From contig CM039000.1 of NCBI GenBank assembly GCA_017499595.2, forward strand, positions 2,604,001-2,668,000: 64,000 bases of DNA, given 5' to 3'. The notes under the pieces were generated by a model. It made no database searches, was not told where the DNA came from, and was given only the letters and a program-made list of their open reading frames with translations. A program made the translations under genes and the position numbers. Shown here piece after piece: positions 25,301-39,800 of this stretch. This DNA is from Psilocybe cubensis. Taxonomy: Eukaryota. The stretch's first letter is position 1. Each line of letters starts with the position of its first letter.

Positions 25301-26717
25301 CATGTCTTCCGACCGTGTCTGACTTTGATCAAAGATGTTCGTCGAAGTATTCCTAGACGTTTCTGAAGACCGTAAACTTTTTGCTGACTTGGACGAGGAC
25401 ATGGAGGCTGTTGCTTCTTCGAGTGTTGCGAATATGTTCATTGAGCTGACAGACCCTTTTAGAGTTGAAGCGGGAAGGTAATTTTCTCATCAAATCTCAT
25501 AGATGTCTCGGATACTTATGCCTCTTATAGTGATATAAAAGGCCCCAATAATGCCAATGACGATGTTCAACTTGATATGGCACAGGATGTGATTCGACTC
25601 CTGTATGGCCAAGGATTAAAAATAAACCTCCAAAGTGAGTAAATGCGCTGAAAATAGCCCACCTTGTTTGTGACGATGAGCAGAGGAGGATAAAAAGGTT
25701 CTTTGCCAACTTCTCAACAAGCTACACATCCCACATGTTGTAGATGATTATAAAATACGCTCTTTGAAGATACTTATGGATAATTTAATTACTGTAGGTT
25801 TATCTATTCCCTCACTTCCCTCATTTACTAATGCCCTCTCTGATTTCAAAGCGAAGACCTTTGAAAGACTCTGTCTGTTTGAATGCATTCAACAAATTTC
25901 AGGCTACTATATCCAAGAAATTCGAAGAACAGCTAGAGGGTTTTAGTGAAGAGGATCTTAGAGAGCTTGAAGATCTTGCCGAGGTCTTCGAATTTATCGA
26001 TAGCATGACTCCACTTGATGATGACGATGACCAACACCCTTTTGAATCTAGAAAGAAGGGGAAAAAACGGTGTGTTATGTTTTTTCCAATTATCACAAAG
26101 GAAATGGGATTCAAATTGAATATCAGACGTTCCAATAGCTTAACAAGTGTTAATGAAAGTCGCCCTCAGTCCCCTGATCCATCAGAACGTCGTAAACCTA
26201 AGTAAGAGATGTGTACTCAATATGTCAGATTTGTTGACTCACTTGAATCTCAGACGACTTCGGTTATCCAACGTGTCTGTTGAAGAGGACAGCACAATTG
26301 AATCAACGTCAAAGCCACGGAAGACAAAGGTACCGAAAAAACCGAGGTGCGCATGGACATTTATTGAACCTTTGGACAATACACTCATATTTGCCATTTA
26401 GTACTCTAATTGTCGCACCTGAAGTTATCGTCATAAGCTCCGACAGCGATGAGGAGCCTGTGCCGCCTAGGACGGCAAAAACGTTTGTGTGAGTGGTCAT
26501 TACAGCTCTCGTTTGAAGAAAGCACCATGCATTAAATGGTGATCATATTAGACCACGACCCAGAACAATGATGAAAGAAGAGCCTTCTCAAGTCGAACCT
26601 GCTCTCATTAGTAGCGCTGGCTCCCTCAGTTTGAACGAAGCTCCAGATGACTCAGTCATGGATTCTGAACCTGGTTCTGAAGAAGAAGTCAATAACCTCC
26701 TCGCTGATCTGGAGTGA
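22348..26717 (+). CDS. YCG1: Condensin HEAT subunit CAP-G/Ycg1/Cnd3-like, multi-exon (appears diverged)
   Basis: IFEQIQ, LLRGFDAKDKNVRYRV, R.MDKE..VR, DPAADVR, RCRDTD.NVRR.VY, GLGDR, SERDFIRMVVE, LGLCCL, DNNELRQ...YFF; ends EEEVNNLLADLE*. Confidence 0.88.
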
Positions 26718-27276
26718 ATTGCACATATTAGTTAACTTGAAGTTCTCATTCGTTTTATCTTCCTATATTTGTATACTATTGATAACGCTATTCCTTGTAA
26801 TTTCGACGACTTTATCACACGAACAGATCTAGCAGACTAGCATAATATTCTGGTTGTTGTAATTTTATCGATAGAAAAGTGATGCCAAACATGAGGTATA
26901 ATGCTGTAGACAACGAAAATTATTGTGTTCATAATAAAACCTTATACAGTTGACCCAAACGTCTGAGAGGACAGCAAAACAGGATAGAAAAAAACTGGGA
27001 TCATACACTGTCACGTAGCGAAAAATGCTGCGAACCATGATTTACCTAGAAAGATCAGCGAGGATAATGGGAAGTGAAAAGAAAGAGACATCAGATCATA
27101 CGCATAGAATATAAATTACTTAGCCTCTTTTGACTTGACCAGGTAGTTTTCATGACATGACGTTTTTGTCTCAAAATATCCTTCGCCTGGAAGTTCGAGG
27201 AGCAATGTCATAGTTGATCAACAACCAGTACCCGGAAGGATTTGGTCGATGATCATCTATAGGCAAAGCGCAGCAA

Positions 27277-30200
27277 TCAGTGGGTCCGAGTACGTTTCGG
27301 GTCTAAAACAAAATCATCCAAATGATTAGGATGAGGATATGATAGACGGGAGAGAAGGAACGCACCAGGAGAACTTGGTGGTGGTGACCAATGACCCTCA
27401 TTGTCCTCGTATCCTTCCTCAAATTCAAAATCATCAAAACTTCGTTTTGACGCTTTGCTGGACAGGGTGACTGAACTGTGATTTGAACGCGATGGTGCAT
27501 CCTCATTGTCGCCTTCCAATGGTGTTTCAGGGTCACCATCTCCGTCGAAGTCGTCTTCCCATGCAAAACTCTCCTCGACGTTGGGGTTAAGAATTGACTC
27601 CAAATCAGTTTCTTTCTCGAGTACAGAAAAACTTTCAAGTTGCCCATCTTGTCCTACTTCTAAGCTGGTTGTTTCTGGCTTCGTCTCCGGTTTTGCACTT
27701 ATTTGATCTGTCGGATCTGTTTCTGTAGATAATTTAGTTTCAGCGACACAACTCGAAGCCTGATTTCGCAGTGGTGAACTTTACCTGAGTTATTGCAATC
27801 CCGTTCCGAGGTATTTAGCTGTGAGGTGTACGCGACACCGTCATCTAATGTCTCTTCCGTTGAACCTTGCTCGTGATGGGAGTCTACTACGTTTCTATTA
27901 GTTTGCGCTACAGGGGTCATTATGCCGCTTACCTGGTCCAACAGATGATTCGTCAGCACCATTTTCGTCAGTGTTTGGATGTACAATGTCAAACTCCGAG
28001 AAGCCAGCCAGTGGCGCATCAACTGCGACATGATGAGTAATGCGGAATACTATATCGACAAAAAATAGACTGACCACTCTGAATTTGCAGGGTAGCACTC
28101 CCCTCTTCTTCCTCAACATAGTCAAGGTGATCCTCGACGAAATGTGTTGTATCGCTTTCCTGATAATATTCATTGTGGTCATCCGCTGCTGGCTCTTCCT
28201 CTGCATACTCTTCCTCTGCGTTTTCCTGATATTCATACTCCCCCTCCAGATGACCTTGATGTTCTAGTTCCTGGCTATCACCAATGGTTTGATAATCTTC
28301 ATCGTCGCCATCTTCATCTTCTCCCGCCACTACCGAATTTTCCTCTTCCCCCTCTCCATCAAGCTGATTTCCATCCTGTTCTTGAATTCTTCGCACTCCA
28401 TCTTCCCCGTCACCTGATTCATGACTGTTAGTAACCGGGCCCTCCAGAGCTTCCAGAGAAATAGCATTTGCGTTGAAATCATGAGGTTGTTCAACCTCCG
28501 TTTCGAGACCCGGTGGCCGTTGTGACATGTCCAAAGTACCACCCATTGCAAAGGTGCTGTCATAATGATCAGGCACTGGTGACGTGTTTTCTTCCACTTC
28601 ACCATCTTCTTCTTCATCCTCTGCCGGAAGGGGTGGAAGATCTGTCTCTGGGTTATATGATTCTGTCGTGTGCGTCTGGGTGTCTACTTCGGTGCGGCCG
28701 TCGTCCTGATTACCTTGTTCCTGTGCATTATCTTGCATATTTTTAGTCTGAACCAATTCTTCTGATTGGTCTTCCGCACGAGTTTCAATGTCCTCTTCAA
28801 CCTGCTCCTCGTCAGCGTTTTCATTGACTTGAGCTTCCCGATTTTCTGCAGTATAGAGTAAATGTCTTATCATATGAAGTAAGATAACTAAACATGTTTA
28901 CCTTCAGCAGGTGCTTCTTCTGTAATATTACTCTCCACAATTTCCGCCAAAGGCATGTCAGAGGCTGGCTCCAAATTTAGTTGACTTACATGCTCCTGCA
29001 GGTATTGATAACGTGTTAAAAACCGAGGTGTTGATGCAGATAACCTCATGCGCAGTTGACCATGTATACCAGACACGTCATGCAAAACGTTAAGATCGTG
29101 AATGGATACTTCGCGTGCATATATATTATCCTAACCAAAATATCAATAAGCGAGTCACTATAAGTTGAAAATAAAACAAATTACGTACCTCCCTAAGGGT
29201 CAATTGTAAATCAACAGCATCCAAGATAAGTTCACTTTCTGACAAGTGGAACATTGATTGAATATTTTCGTCTAAGCGTAGCGCATCAAAGACAGCTGAA
29301 AGTGGCTCGTAGTATAACGTTGGGAAATGATGAAGCAATACTAAACCGGCTTGATTGGACTGTCCATCTGATTGGCTGGATGTGTTTGCAACTGGAGATT
29401 CATTGAACAAAAACCAGTCGAAGTGGTCCTCGGTGCTGACAGAGAGTAGGACAGGGGGCGGTGGATCAATGTAGACCCCTTCAGATATTTCATGAGGATC
29501 ACCGAGTGCATTTTCAACGGTAGTAGAAGTTTCAATATCAGCGTGATCGCCCAGAGTAGGCGCCTTGTTATAGTCATCATTGACATCTTCTTGGGCTTCA
29601 GGTGCGTCTGCGACTGTGCCAGGCAGCTCCGAAATATGTGTAACCTCTGGTGGTAATGGTATGTCTGGAGCTCGCTCTTCCGGAATATGGGGATCAAGAA
29701 ACGCTTCCGAAGAGGGGACAGAGTTTTCCTGTTCGACAATGGGATCAGATATAACTTCAGGTGCTTGGACTTCTGGCGCGGAATCGGGCAGAAAGTCGTG
29801 GCTTTCCACACTGACATCGTGTAAAGAAGAATTTTCATGAATCTCTGGTTCCAAGGGTGGCAAATCTGATATGTGGGCAATTGAAGGGGACGAATGGTGT
29901 GAAAGAGTCGCTGGTTCGGTGTGATCGAAAGATCCAACAAAGTTCGAAGGCCCATCTTGTACTATCTCTCCTGCAATCATCAATGGGGACTGAGCCACCG
30001 AAACGTCATATACCTCTACATCCAAATTTTCTCCGCCTGTATGATGAATGTCTTCGTCGGCTTCCATGTCATATTCAGCGCCGTTATGATGCTCTAAGAA
30101 AGGTTCCATATCGACTTCAATGGTGATTTCAGCCTTTTCCTGAGAATAAGCATCTGTTTTCATTTGAGATATGTTATCGCCCTTCGGAGGAGAATAATTT

Positions 30201-30346
30201 TCAGGCTTCATAGTGCCCCCTGGACCATCCTCTTCCATTTGTGCTTCGTCAGGAAACCACTGATCTGACGAGGGGTGCATTTGGATATCGAGGTCGTTTT
30301 GATAGTCATGCATTGGCATGTCAAACGTTTCAAGCATGGCGGACAT
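27277..30346 (-). CDS. Very acidic, largely disordered protein with a central DUF2420 (Rmr1-like) domain, multi-exon
   Basis: Long D/E-rich ORFs flank PPPPVLLS...LF...LYYEPLSAVFDALR...L.LREDN.Y...SIHDL; C-terminal basic motifs (SKRSFDD, PKRTRTH). Confidence 0.7.
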
Positions 30347-30508
30347 GATGAAAGCCGTGCGCCAGTACTGAGGAGGTTACAGGACAACAGAGAGTCACAC
30401 TCACGGTCCACAGTCCAAGTTCGATGAATTATGTAATGCTAATTGCACTTTTTTTGGGAATGTGATCAAGCCTCTTGGTTCACAACTTGCGAGAGACAAA
30501 TCTCAATC

Positions 30509-33178
30509 ATGGGTCGGGGTATTCTGCTCACTTCAAACTTGCCACAACTGCAGAATCTTATAAAGCGAGATCCTGTTGCATATAAGGAGGAATTTCTTCA
30601 GCAATGGAATCATTACAACAGCATTCGACAAATCTTCAGGATTAACCCTGACGAGCAAGCCCAGCACTATAGAGAGCTTGTTTCCTTCATCGCTCAGGTC
30701 AGACTCATCAAAACCCTTGGTCTCTTTTTGTATACTGATCTACTACTTCTCAGGTCTCAACTTGCTATCCTAAAGAAACAGCTGAATTTCCTACCCAAAT
30801 ATCTTCTTTGCTGCTTGAGAGCTATGGCATTCTATCTCCAGATACCCGAAAATGTCTGGTACAAAACCTAGTAATGCTTCGGAATAAAGATGTCATCACC
30901 TCGATTGAGTATGTTTTTTTCTTCATTATCGTTGGATTAATATCTAACTAGACCTAGGCTTTTGAAATCGTTATTCCCTCTGCTTCCTCGCACTTCCTCA
31001 TCCGCTCTGCGTACATATATCCGCAAAACAATTCTCTCAGATATCAAGGTGGCTAACCAAAAGTCTCAAAACCATAAACTCAACAGAGCTGTTCAAGCAA
31101 TGTTGTTCGGCATGGTGGAACGAGGCATGGGTGGAGAAGTTATAGGTGACAAGGGCAAACTACGAGCTTCTCAAGGCCCAACGAACAGTCGCGAAGGTGC
31201 TAATACAGACGAGGCAATGTGGGCTGTCGTTCTAACCAAAGAACTTTGGCGGAAAGGCGTCTGGTACGTTCTTGAGATCTTTTATAGTTATTTATTGATC
31301 GCTTCTTATAGGAATGACGCCAAATCGGTTTCCATTGTGGCTCAAGGATGCTTTCATCCTGTTACCAAAGTGCAGAGTGCAGCTTTGCATTTTTTTCTTG
31401 GCAGTGAAGAAGAAGATGACGAATCCGATGAGGAGGAGGTATTTATTTTGATTATGCTCTTATTTTTCTGTATCAATTATTTTTTGCTTTCAAACAGAAT
31501 GTGGATCTTAAAGGTCTGCATCATAGGCGTGAGGTCAACAAAAAGACCAGAAGCGCTGACAAAAAGCTGAGGAAGCAGCTGAAAGTCGCAAAAAAAGTAG
31601 GCACATTCATTTAGCCTTCCTACCTATGTTTTATCTGTCCCAACAGAAATTGCACAACAAAGAACCCAGCTCTCCTAATTTCTCGGCAATTCAGTTACTT
31701 CACGATCCCCAGACATTCGGCGAAAAATTGTACGACATGCTAAATAGCTATGACAAACGCTTCTCATTGGACCATAAAATCCTCATCATGCAGCTTCTTT
31801 CCCGTGTCATGGGATCCCATAAACTCTGTGTCCTTGGTTTTTACACTTACATTGTCAAATATCTTTTCTACAAGCAACTTCGCGTACCCAGCATTCTTGT
31901 TGCACTCGCGCAATCTGTACACGATCTAACCCCTCCCGACGCCGTTACACCTGTCATCCGGAAACTTTCACAGGAGTTTGTGCATCCTGGTGTGGCAAGT
32001 GAAGTTATTGCTGCCGGGATTAATGCTATCCGAGAAGTCAGTAGACGACAGCCATGGGCCATGGAAGAAGATCTGCTAGGCGATTTGATCGAATACAGGA
32101 AAAGCAAAGATAAATCTGTCACAGCAGCTGCACGCGGGTTGCTTAGACTGTATCGAGAAGTCAATCCAAGCATGCTGAAAAGAAGAGAGAGAGTAAGTCA
32201 TTTCGTACCCATATTCCGTTCCCAGTGTTAAAATAATTACAATTTTCAGGGCAAAGAGGCCAGTATGGGACTGGCGGGTGGGAGTCAACCACTACCCTAT
32301 GGTCACAGTGCTGAAGCTGCTGTCGACATTGAAGGATTATCTGTAAGACATCTAGCTGTTGTATTTTTTAATTTATCGTGGTCTCATGGTTTGTCCAGCT
32401 CCTTGAAGATCATCTTCAAAAACTACGGGAGGAAGATGGTGTAAGTTTGGATGGAGAGGGTGAGGATGACTGGAATGGCTGGGATGTCGAATCTGACTCT
32501 GGTTCCGATTCTGATTCCGAGGAGGAGTGGATTAATGTCAATGATGACGACGATAACGATCTTGTTATCACTGATAGCGAAGATGAAGGAGACGAAAAAA
32601 AGAAACAGGGTGAATCATTGGAAGATGAATCTACCCGAATATCTACGTTGGCGCAGACGAAGGTGAAGCAGATACGTTCCGCATTTTTAACCTATTGTTA
32701 ACCTATTGGTTTATGTCATTGTTCTTAGATTCTGACCCCAGCCGACTTTGCTTTGCTCAATGATTTGCGTATGAAAGCAGCCGTCAAAGCCGTCGAAACA
32801 ACTGGAGGAAGTAAAGCAAAACGCAAGCTTGCGGCCCTGGAAGCTTCCCAGAAAGCCCGCAACGACGAACAAACCCATGACGAATTCATATCAGAAAACG
32901 ATATCCTCGGTCCCCGCAAAAAGGCTAAGGCCGATTATGCTGAGCGTATGGCCTCCATCCAGAAGGGACGCGAAGGACGCGAGAAATTCGGCTCAAGAAA
33001 AGGGAAACAAAACAAAGCAACCCCTAGTAGCTCTACGAACAGAGAAAAGGCTAGGAACAAACCTATCATGATGATTCTCAGTAGTGGAGCCGTCAGAGGC
33101 AAGAAAAAGGCGTCGCTGAGAGACAAGCAGCAGAAACTTAGAGCTCATATCGACAAAGCCAAAAAATCGGGGAAATAG
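30509..33178 (+). CDS. SDA1: 60S ribosome biogenesis protein Sda1, multi-exon
   Basis: [71 protein letters not shown]. Confidence 0.96.
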
Positions 33179-33236
33179 ACATCGTGTACTTGCTGTATTT
33201 TGATCGCACACTATAGTTGGTTGATCTATCGACATG

Positions 33237-34310
33237 TCAAATTTGCAGCTTCTTAGCGAGCTCCAATCCAGATGCAAGATGTGATAGTCGAGCATCGACA
33301 ACGAAGCCCTACAGGAAAGAAAGTTTTCAAAATAATTTCTTTTTTTGAGTTGGTATGCCCCACACGAACCTTTTCATTGTAATCTATGGCAAAAGAAGTC
33401 AGCACGCAATTGAAGAGATCTATATGGAGTTTCATACCCTCTAATGCAGCGTTTAATTTTGCAATTTCCACGACCTTCGTGACGATGAATTCTCCTGGGT
33501 CTAGATTAGGCTTCGGTAGAGTCAATTCGTCTTCCATCACCACATTCAGAACAACCAGTTGCATGTTCGCATTTGTCAATCCTGGTAAATGTAACCAGGT
33601 CGTCAGATATAAAGACTAGCTAACGATTCAGATTTTTAGTATATACCTGGATCGCTAACAACGACAGGAGACACCTCCATGATATCATCTGCAGTGTATC
33701 CAGTTTCTTCGTAGAGCTCGCGTTTGGCAGCTTCTTCGACGGTTTCCCCTTCATCGATCAAGCCTGTCACTGTAAATAAGCACATTGTAAACCTATAGTA
33801 GGGATCTGTTGACCTGCAGGTAGTTCTGAAATCTCGAATCAATGAAAAGATACTAGAAATAAGGTACCAGGCTTGATATACCGATAATGTACTTTCCAAC
33901 GGGCGGCCTGAATTGCTCAATAACAACAGTTGAAAGGGGGAACGCATTGGACTTCGATCGCAGGACGGCAAATATGGCAACACCTGATTTAAATAAATCA
34001 CCAGAATATTTGGATGAACAGCATAATGCAGACCATCAACTCCAATGGATTTACGGGTTTTTCTTTCTGCAGATTCCCAGATTCGCTTTATAGACAACGT
34101 TGGCTTTCATTTGGATATTAGATAGCGGAATCAAGGACCTCTTTCCCTTCCTGGTCAGAATATTTGATCTTTTTTAAAGTGATCCATCTGGACGATGCAG
34201 AACGGTCAATCGGTAAATGAGATTGGAGGTATTGACACCCAAGATGCTTACTTGGCTTCAGAGGCAGGCATCTCCTCTTTAGATAATATCCTTGGTTCAT
34301 TGTGAGACAT
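33237..34310 (-). CDS. YSA1: Nudix hydrolase, ADP-ribose pyrophosphatase (Ysa1/NUDT5-like), multi-exon
   Basis: [30 protein letters not shown], Nudix box [40 protein letters not shown]. Confidence 0.9.
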
Positions 34311-34526
34311 AGTGGATTGAAAGAGGCGTTTGGAAGCAGCTGCTGGTGATCTTGAAATTGTGGAACGTAGATACAAACACGATCGGCGTAACATAAACTG
34401 CCGAAGAATTACAAGTCAACAGCAATTGGAGGTTGCATCATACACCGGTCATGTGACTGTTATGGAGTTGTTGTTGGACGCGACTGCGACAAGATCTACG
34501 CGACACAGGTTTACCAAAATCCGCTC

Positions 34527-35355
34527 ATGGACACCCGGGAAGATCTCCCCCGCGTCTCTGTGGGCTCTGTACAAGATTGGCAAAAAATGAGAAACAACTA
34601 CAAAGAAGCTGCTTTATCACTAATACAACAACACGCGGCAGCCTCCAATATCTCCGCCCACGAAAAAGATGTCCTATTGGCACATCTTGAGCAGGTATGC
34701 TTGATGAAAACACACCAGAAGCTTTAGCCATTAAATTCCATGATTAGTTTATTCAAAGGACGTTTAATCTTGCAGAGCCGAATTTGCGCGTCAATGGCAA
34801 CAACTTTGAATCTCTGGATGAGAATGGTCGAGGTATGCAGTGTTGACCTTCAAAATCATAGTGACTTTCTGAGGGATATCTACAGAAATGGAGCCTTTTG
34901 ACGAAGCATTGGATAGACGTATATGGTCTCTAGCTGACACTAGACTACAATGGCACAAGCGAATAGCAGAAACGCGTCGAACTGTTCCAGTGGAAATTGA
35001 ATCTACTGTCTCAGCACTGCTTGAGCGTCACAGAGAACTCGATGCGATTCTTCTACCTGTGGGATCTGAAGATCTATCGGAAGAAGATACTACCACGGAT
35101 GACGATGGTAACACGAGTTTTCTCTATTTTCATTGATATGCTGACGTTTTCTGTCCTATCCAGTTAATCATCGCGTAGAGCACTGTTTACAAAACACATC
35201 TGCGTTGGCCAATGAACTGGACCAAGTGAGTTATATTGCATCTTGCTGCATCTCTCAATAATAATTTGAAACAACTTCAGACAATTTCTCAGCAACAGGA
35301 ACGAGGAGAACGAGTGACGGTGATTGCGAAAGAAGTGAAATCCCTAAAGCCATGA
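34527..35355 (+). CDS. Kinetochore MIND/Mis12 complex subunit Nsl1/Mis14-like, multi-exon
   Basis: EDLPRVSV, NLRVNG, EPFDEALDRRIWSL...RLQW...IAE.RR..P pattern; coiled-coil-like; family call from recalled motif. Confidence 0.72.
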
Positions 35356-35536
35356 TAGTAATGCCACATAAAAATGCAAAGGGCAGTGGGTAGGTTGATA
35401 TTTTCTTCTGTACAACAGGACATTTTGTACAAACATACACAACATATAATGTAATAATGTGTACTTTTGAGAGAGTTTCAGACTGAAGCAATGATCCAAA
35501 AAGCAATAAAATTTTACAGGCAAGCTTGTTACCCTA

Positions 35537-36402
35537 TCATGATCCTCGAAAACCTCCTCCCCGTCCTCCCCCGCGTCCTCCAAACCCACTACCTCCACGG
35601 CCTCCCCCACGACCCCCAAATCCTCCCCCTCCGCCGCGCCCACGACCACCGTCAAATCCTCCTCGTCCGCCACCTCTTGGACCACCCCTTCCACCTCCAC
35701 GCGAAAATCCTCCCCGTCCACCGGGAGCTCCACGCCCTCCACCGCGACCAGGAGGTCCACCTCGTCCACCACGGCCACGTTCTGCGAAGTCAATTAGTAT
35801 ATTCAAAAGGCGGAAGCACAGAGTAAACGAAGTATTCACTTGTAACACCTGAATAAAGGAATAGTCAAGCTATGAAATCTGGCAAAGAATGATGTCTTTC
35901 CACATACCACCGGCAACTTTGGGTTTAGGTAGGAATCGTTCGATTGGCAAAAGTTTATCTCCACCAATGTAGACTTTGTCGCCCTTCTTGAAACTGCTTG
36001 CAACCATCCCCTCTCCCATTTTGATCGAAAAATAGACTTCGTTAATAGGGCCAAGAATCTCATCCACTTTGCCAATCTGTGATTTATTTTGCAAGTATAT
36101 TGGGGCATTGAAATATGGGACTTTGTCGGTCATTAGCGAGGAACACAGCATCTCGTCTTCCACTGCGTGAATGAATGTGCCCATTTCTAATCCCAGTTTC
36201 AATTAGTGTAATGAAATGCAACAGAATACGTCAAGAATACCCAAGACCTGGTCTGGAGGACCGAAGTCCCGCTGCTGAAAGCCTCCTCTACCTCCTCCAC
36301 GGGGAGCTACAAAAATATCATTAGACACTGGTGAACACAACGTCTCATAAGGAACTCACCGCCGCCGCCACGACCACCGAAGCCTCGTCCTCCGCGACTC
36401 AT
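35537..36402 (-). CDS. GAR1: H/ACA snoRNP subunit Gar1, multi-exon
   Basis: [59 protein letters not shown], with RGG/GAR repeats at both ends. Confidence 0.97.
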
Positions 36403-36862
36403 TGTATCGAAGAGGTGATAGTCTTTACAACGGAAATAAGTCACAAATTGATTGTAGAGGGGGGGCCGGAAGGAAAGGTCGAAGCAAATACTATCAGTAT
36501 TAGTACCGTTGTAAAAACATTTGTGGAATGGGCATTTGATTGGATGATCACGTATTATGTAACCAAGCAGGCATTTGTTGAACGGCCAATTTGTTCACAA
36601 GCACCGTAATGTTTGCAGCTACTAAGTAGCCATATCGCTTCTTGTTGAGCAAATAATGTACAAGAACAGTAGTATATATGGTACAATTGTTAAGATAATG
36701 TATCACTGAACCCTACTTCAAAAGCGAACGAATGTAAAACTTAGAGTAAGTGTTTCTTTAAGTGACTCGGGATAAATAAGATCCCTGTTAGCAACTTGTA
36801 CGCCAGAGAAAATTAAAATCAAGCTCTGCAATAAAAGTACAGAAACTCGATGTGTATTGATA

Positions 36863-39800
36863 TTATCGTCTTGTCGGCGTGTCTAAGTGCGTACTAGACA
36901 TGTTTACAGGGTTGTTTGGCAAATTCAAGTTGCTGAGACGTGGGAGACGAATTTTCAAGGAGGGTGTTATTGAAAGAGCAGGCGAGTGCGGTTGGGCTGA
37001 AGATGAAGTAGGTGTCGTAGTGACATGGTTGGCTGGATGGAGTTGACCATGGCGAACTGGTGTCTTGATCATTTTCCGCGAATCTTTCTCGGCCTTTTCG
37101 GTTTTCTCCTGTTTGTCTTCTTTACCACCTTTTCCAACTTCCTTCGTCCCATTAACTTCAACCCCATTCTCCATAGCAACACCAATGGGCAACTCGTCGT
37201 CTCGTACTTTCCGTTTTCTTCCTCTTTTTTCTTTTGTGTCCTTGATTGTAGCGTCGACTTCTTTCGCTTTTATTTGACGCGGGGTACGAACTACCCGCTG
37301 TGTCTACAATTAATTTAAATATTGGTTCAAATATGATTTGACGAGTCAAAAAAAAAACCTTCTGAACGTCATTTGACGATGTCGCAAGAAAGTCAAAGAG
37401 AGGAGGTTTCATCAGGGAAACTGGTTCTTCTTCTTCCAACTAGTTCAAGATCAGAGGATAAAAAGAAAATGATATGACAAATAACTGACCTTGACCTTGA
37501 TAGGTTTCGTCTTCGAGGTGGTGGCCGCTGCACCGTTATTCGAGTCTTCCGCATGCTTAACAGAGCTCTACACAGGAAGGTCTTAGTACACTCCACCCCT
37601 TCTACAATAGAAACCGTGTTACCCGTGAAGAAACAGTGGTGAGAGGTGTATCGACGTTATTTCGGCTTCTCGATCTTAATTCTCGCGTGCTTGCTTCTGG
37701 AGGGTTTGTGTGGGATGCACGCCGTCTTCTCAAAGCAGATATCTTGACATTGGTGGTAGTTGTAGCATCAGCAGAACGATTCGTGGCAGGAGGTTTGACG
37801 GCACTCTTTTTAACAGGCTCTGTTGGAAGGGGATGCTGATAGAGTTGTTATTATGACATAGGGCAGACAAAAAGTGAATAAGCACCTTTCTGGGTCGACC
37901 GACTTTGTTCTTTACCACTACAGGAAGTTTCGGTGGATCGGTGTCCGTCTGGATAGCGCAATCAATCACTTTTTTTGCCGGAACAGTCGTGCCACGAGTG
38001 TGGGAATGATTGAATCGTCTGGCCACAGACAGATCACACAGCACCTGGAAAATGGTTTAGCGTTGATTACTTGCGCCATATCATTGAATAAGGTACCTTC
38101 GCCGCGAAAGATTCATCTACCTCGGATGTAGCCTGGCCATTGGGAGACATCAAATGGTCATCCGAATCGTCGAGAGAGCTCAGAGATGTGAGAGGAGATG
38201 ACATCCCAGAAACCGTGTCCACTTCCCTGAACGACGTTAAGCTTACAAGAAATCTCCTACGAGTTGACACATACTTGTTGGAATGCTCATTGTGCTTGTT
38301 GAGTTTGTTCCAAAAATCGAGAACAATGACCCTCTCAGGAACCCGATATCGACGCCCATTGATAAGTACCTCATCTACGTTGACGTTGGGTTTGGGTGGG
38401 GCCGAAGAATACTCTGGATGTATAACTTCGATGTTTCCATTATTAAATTGACGCGGCCTGGTGATTTCTATAGGAGGTGCATGTTGTTTTGGTATGCGTC
38501 GCTTATGTGGCTGTAGTTCCCAAAATGAGACATTGAAAGCAAGCCACATGTGATATGGGAAGCTTACCATAACCCGTTCAGCATGGTTTGGACACATCCA
38601 CTTCTTATTTAAAGGAGGCAAAGTCAAGAGCGGGGGATCAAGGCAATCCATATGCCAATGAAGATTGCAGTAGTCACAGGAGACGATACTTTTCCACGCG
38701 TCTGGGGGGTTACCTCTGGATGTCGCTCTTCGAGGTCGCTTTGCCGGCGGCGCATCCGTAGTAAGTTTTGTGGGAAGAGCAGAAAACCCGCATTGAAAAC
38801 AAAGCACTGGACCTCCATTTCTATCCCGGAGGCGGTATGGGTCCCGCTCTTCCAACTGACCAAGACGACTAGTTGTGAAAATAAGTGTAGATTAAGCGAT
38901 AACAAAAAGAAATATTACTTTAGGCGAGGTGGTTTGATTTCTGATGTATCAACATAGTTTCCCTTTGGCCCAGAACCAACTAAGCCATTGTTGAGAATGG
39001 AGAGGTTGAAAAATGAGATATAAGCGCACCGTCTTTGAAGTATGTCCTGATATCTTCAGGCAGTTGAAATTCGACAGGATTTGATGTCTGTAGTTGATGT
39101 ATGGCAGCTGATAGCAACGATGGGGGTGGCTTTCGAGGAGGATTCTGTAACGCCAGTTTTGTTGTGTTAGTGGTGGATCAAGTCGGATTCGATGCTGTAA
39201 TCACCTTGCGAGCCACACACGTGGAACAGAACCACCGAGCCTCCCCATCATCATCAACGTTTTCCATAGGAGGATCCAGGCACCAGAAGTGAAACGCTCT
39301 GGGACATCCATCGCAATATACGAGAGACCCATAGGAACGGCAGGAGGAGCAATGGTCTTCGTTATTGAGCTGCGAAGGAACATAAGTAAGAGACATGGGA
39401 AGGAACAAAAAAGGTAGACTGACAAGGTTGCTTGGTGGTTCTGGGGTGAGAAGAGAGAATGGTTTTGGTTCTTCCTTTACATGAAGAGGAGGTGTGTCCG
39501 TCTCCTTTGCCTTCCCCTTGTCTTTTTTCTTGGGTCTGCCACGCATTGCTGGAGGGGGAGGAGGGGGAGGGTCGACTAAATTGACGGATGAATTTGACCG
39601 AGAGAGCGACGGCTCTTTATCTAGTCCCCCATTTACCGAATCTGAGTCGATGATAATGGGCTGGGCGATAGAGTTCGTCCCAAGGTCCGTGGAAGTTGAA
39701 GACTCCATTGCAGGCGCCGTTGAGTTGCCGGCTTGATTACGAGCTGACGCTCGTTGTGCACGACCCGTTGCACTGTTGGATTCATAGGAAGCATAATAGA

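Noticed and set aside
22348..26717. YCG1-like gene as a pseudogene (fragmented ORF track)
   Set aside because: The fragmentation is explained by short GT-AG introns; the exons traced join in frame
29341..29955. 204-aa alternative-frame ORF within the DUF2420 gene
   Set aside because: No motifs; explained by the codon composition of the acidic main frame
35344..35852. Pro-rich, His-rich and Val/Glu-rich ORFs overlapping GAR1
   Set aside because: Alternative-frame and antisense shadows of the stop-poor RGG-coding repeat
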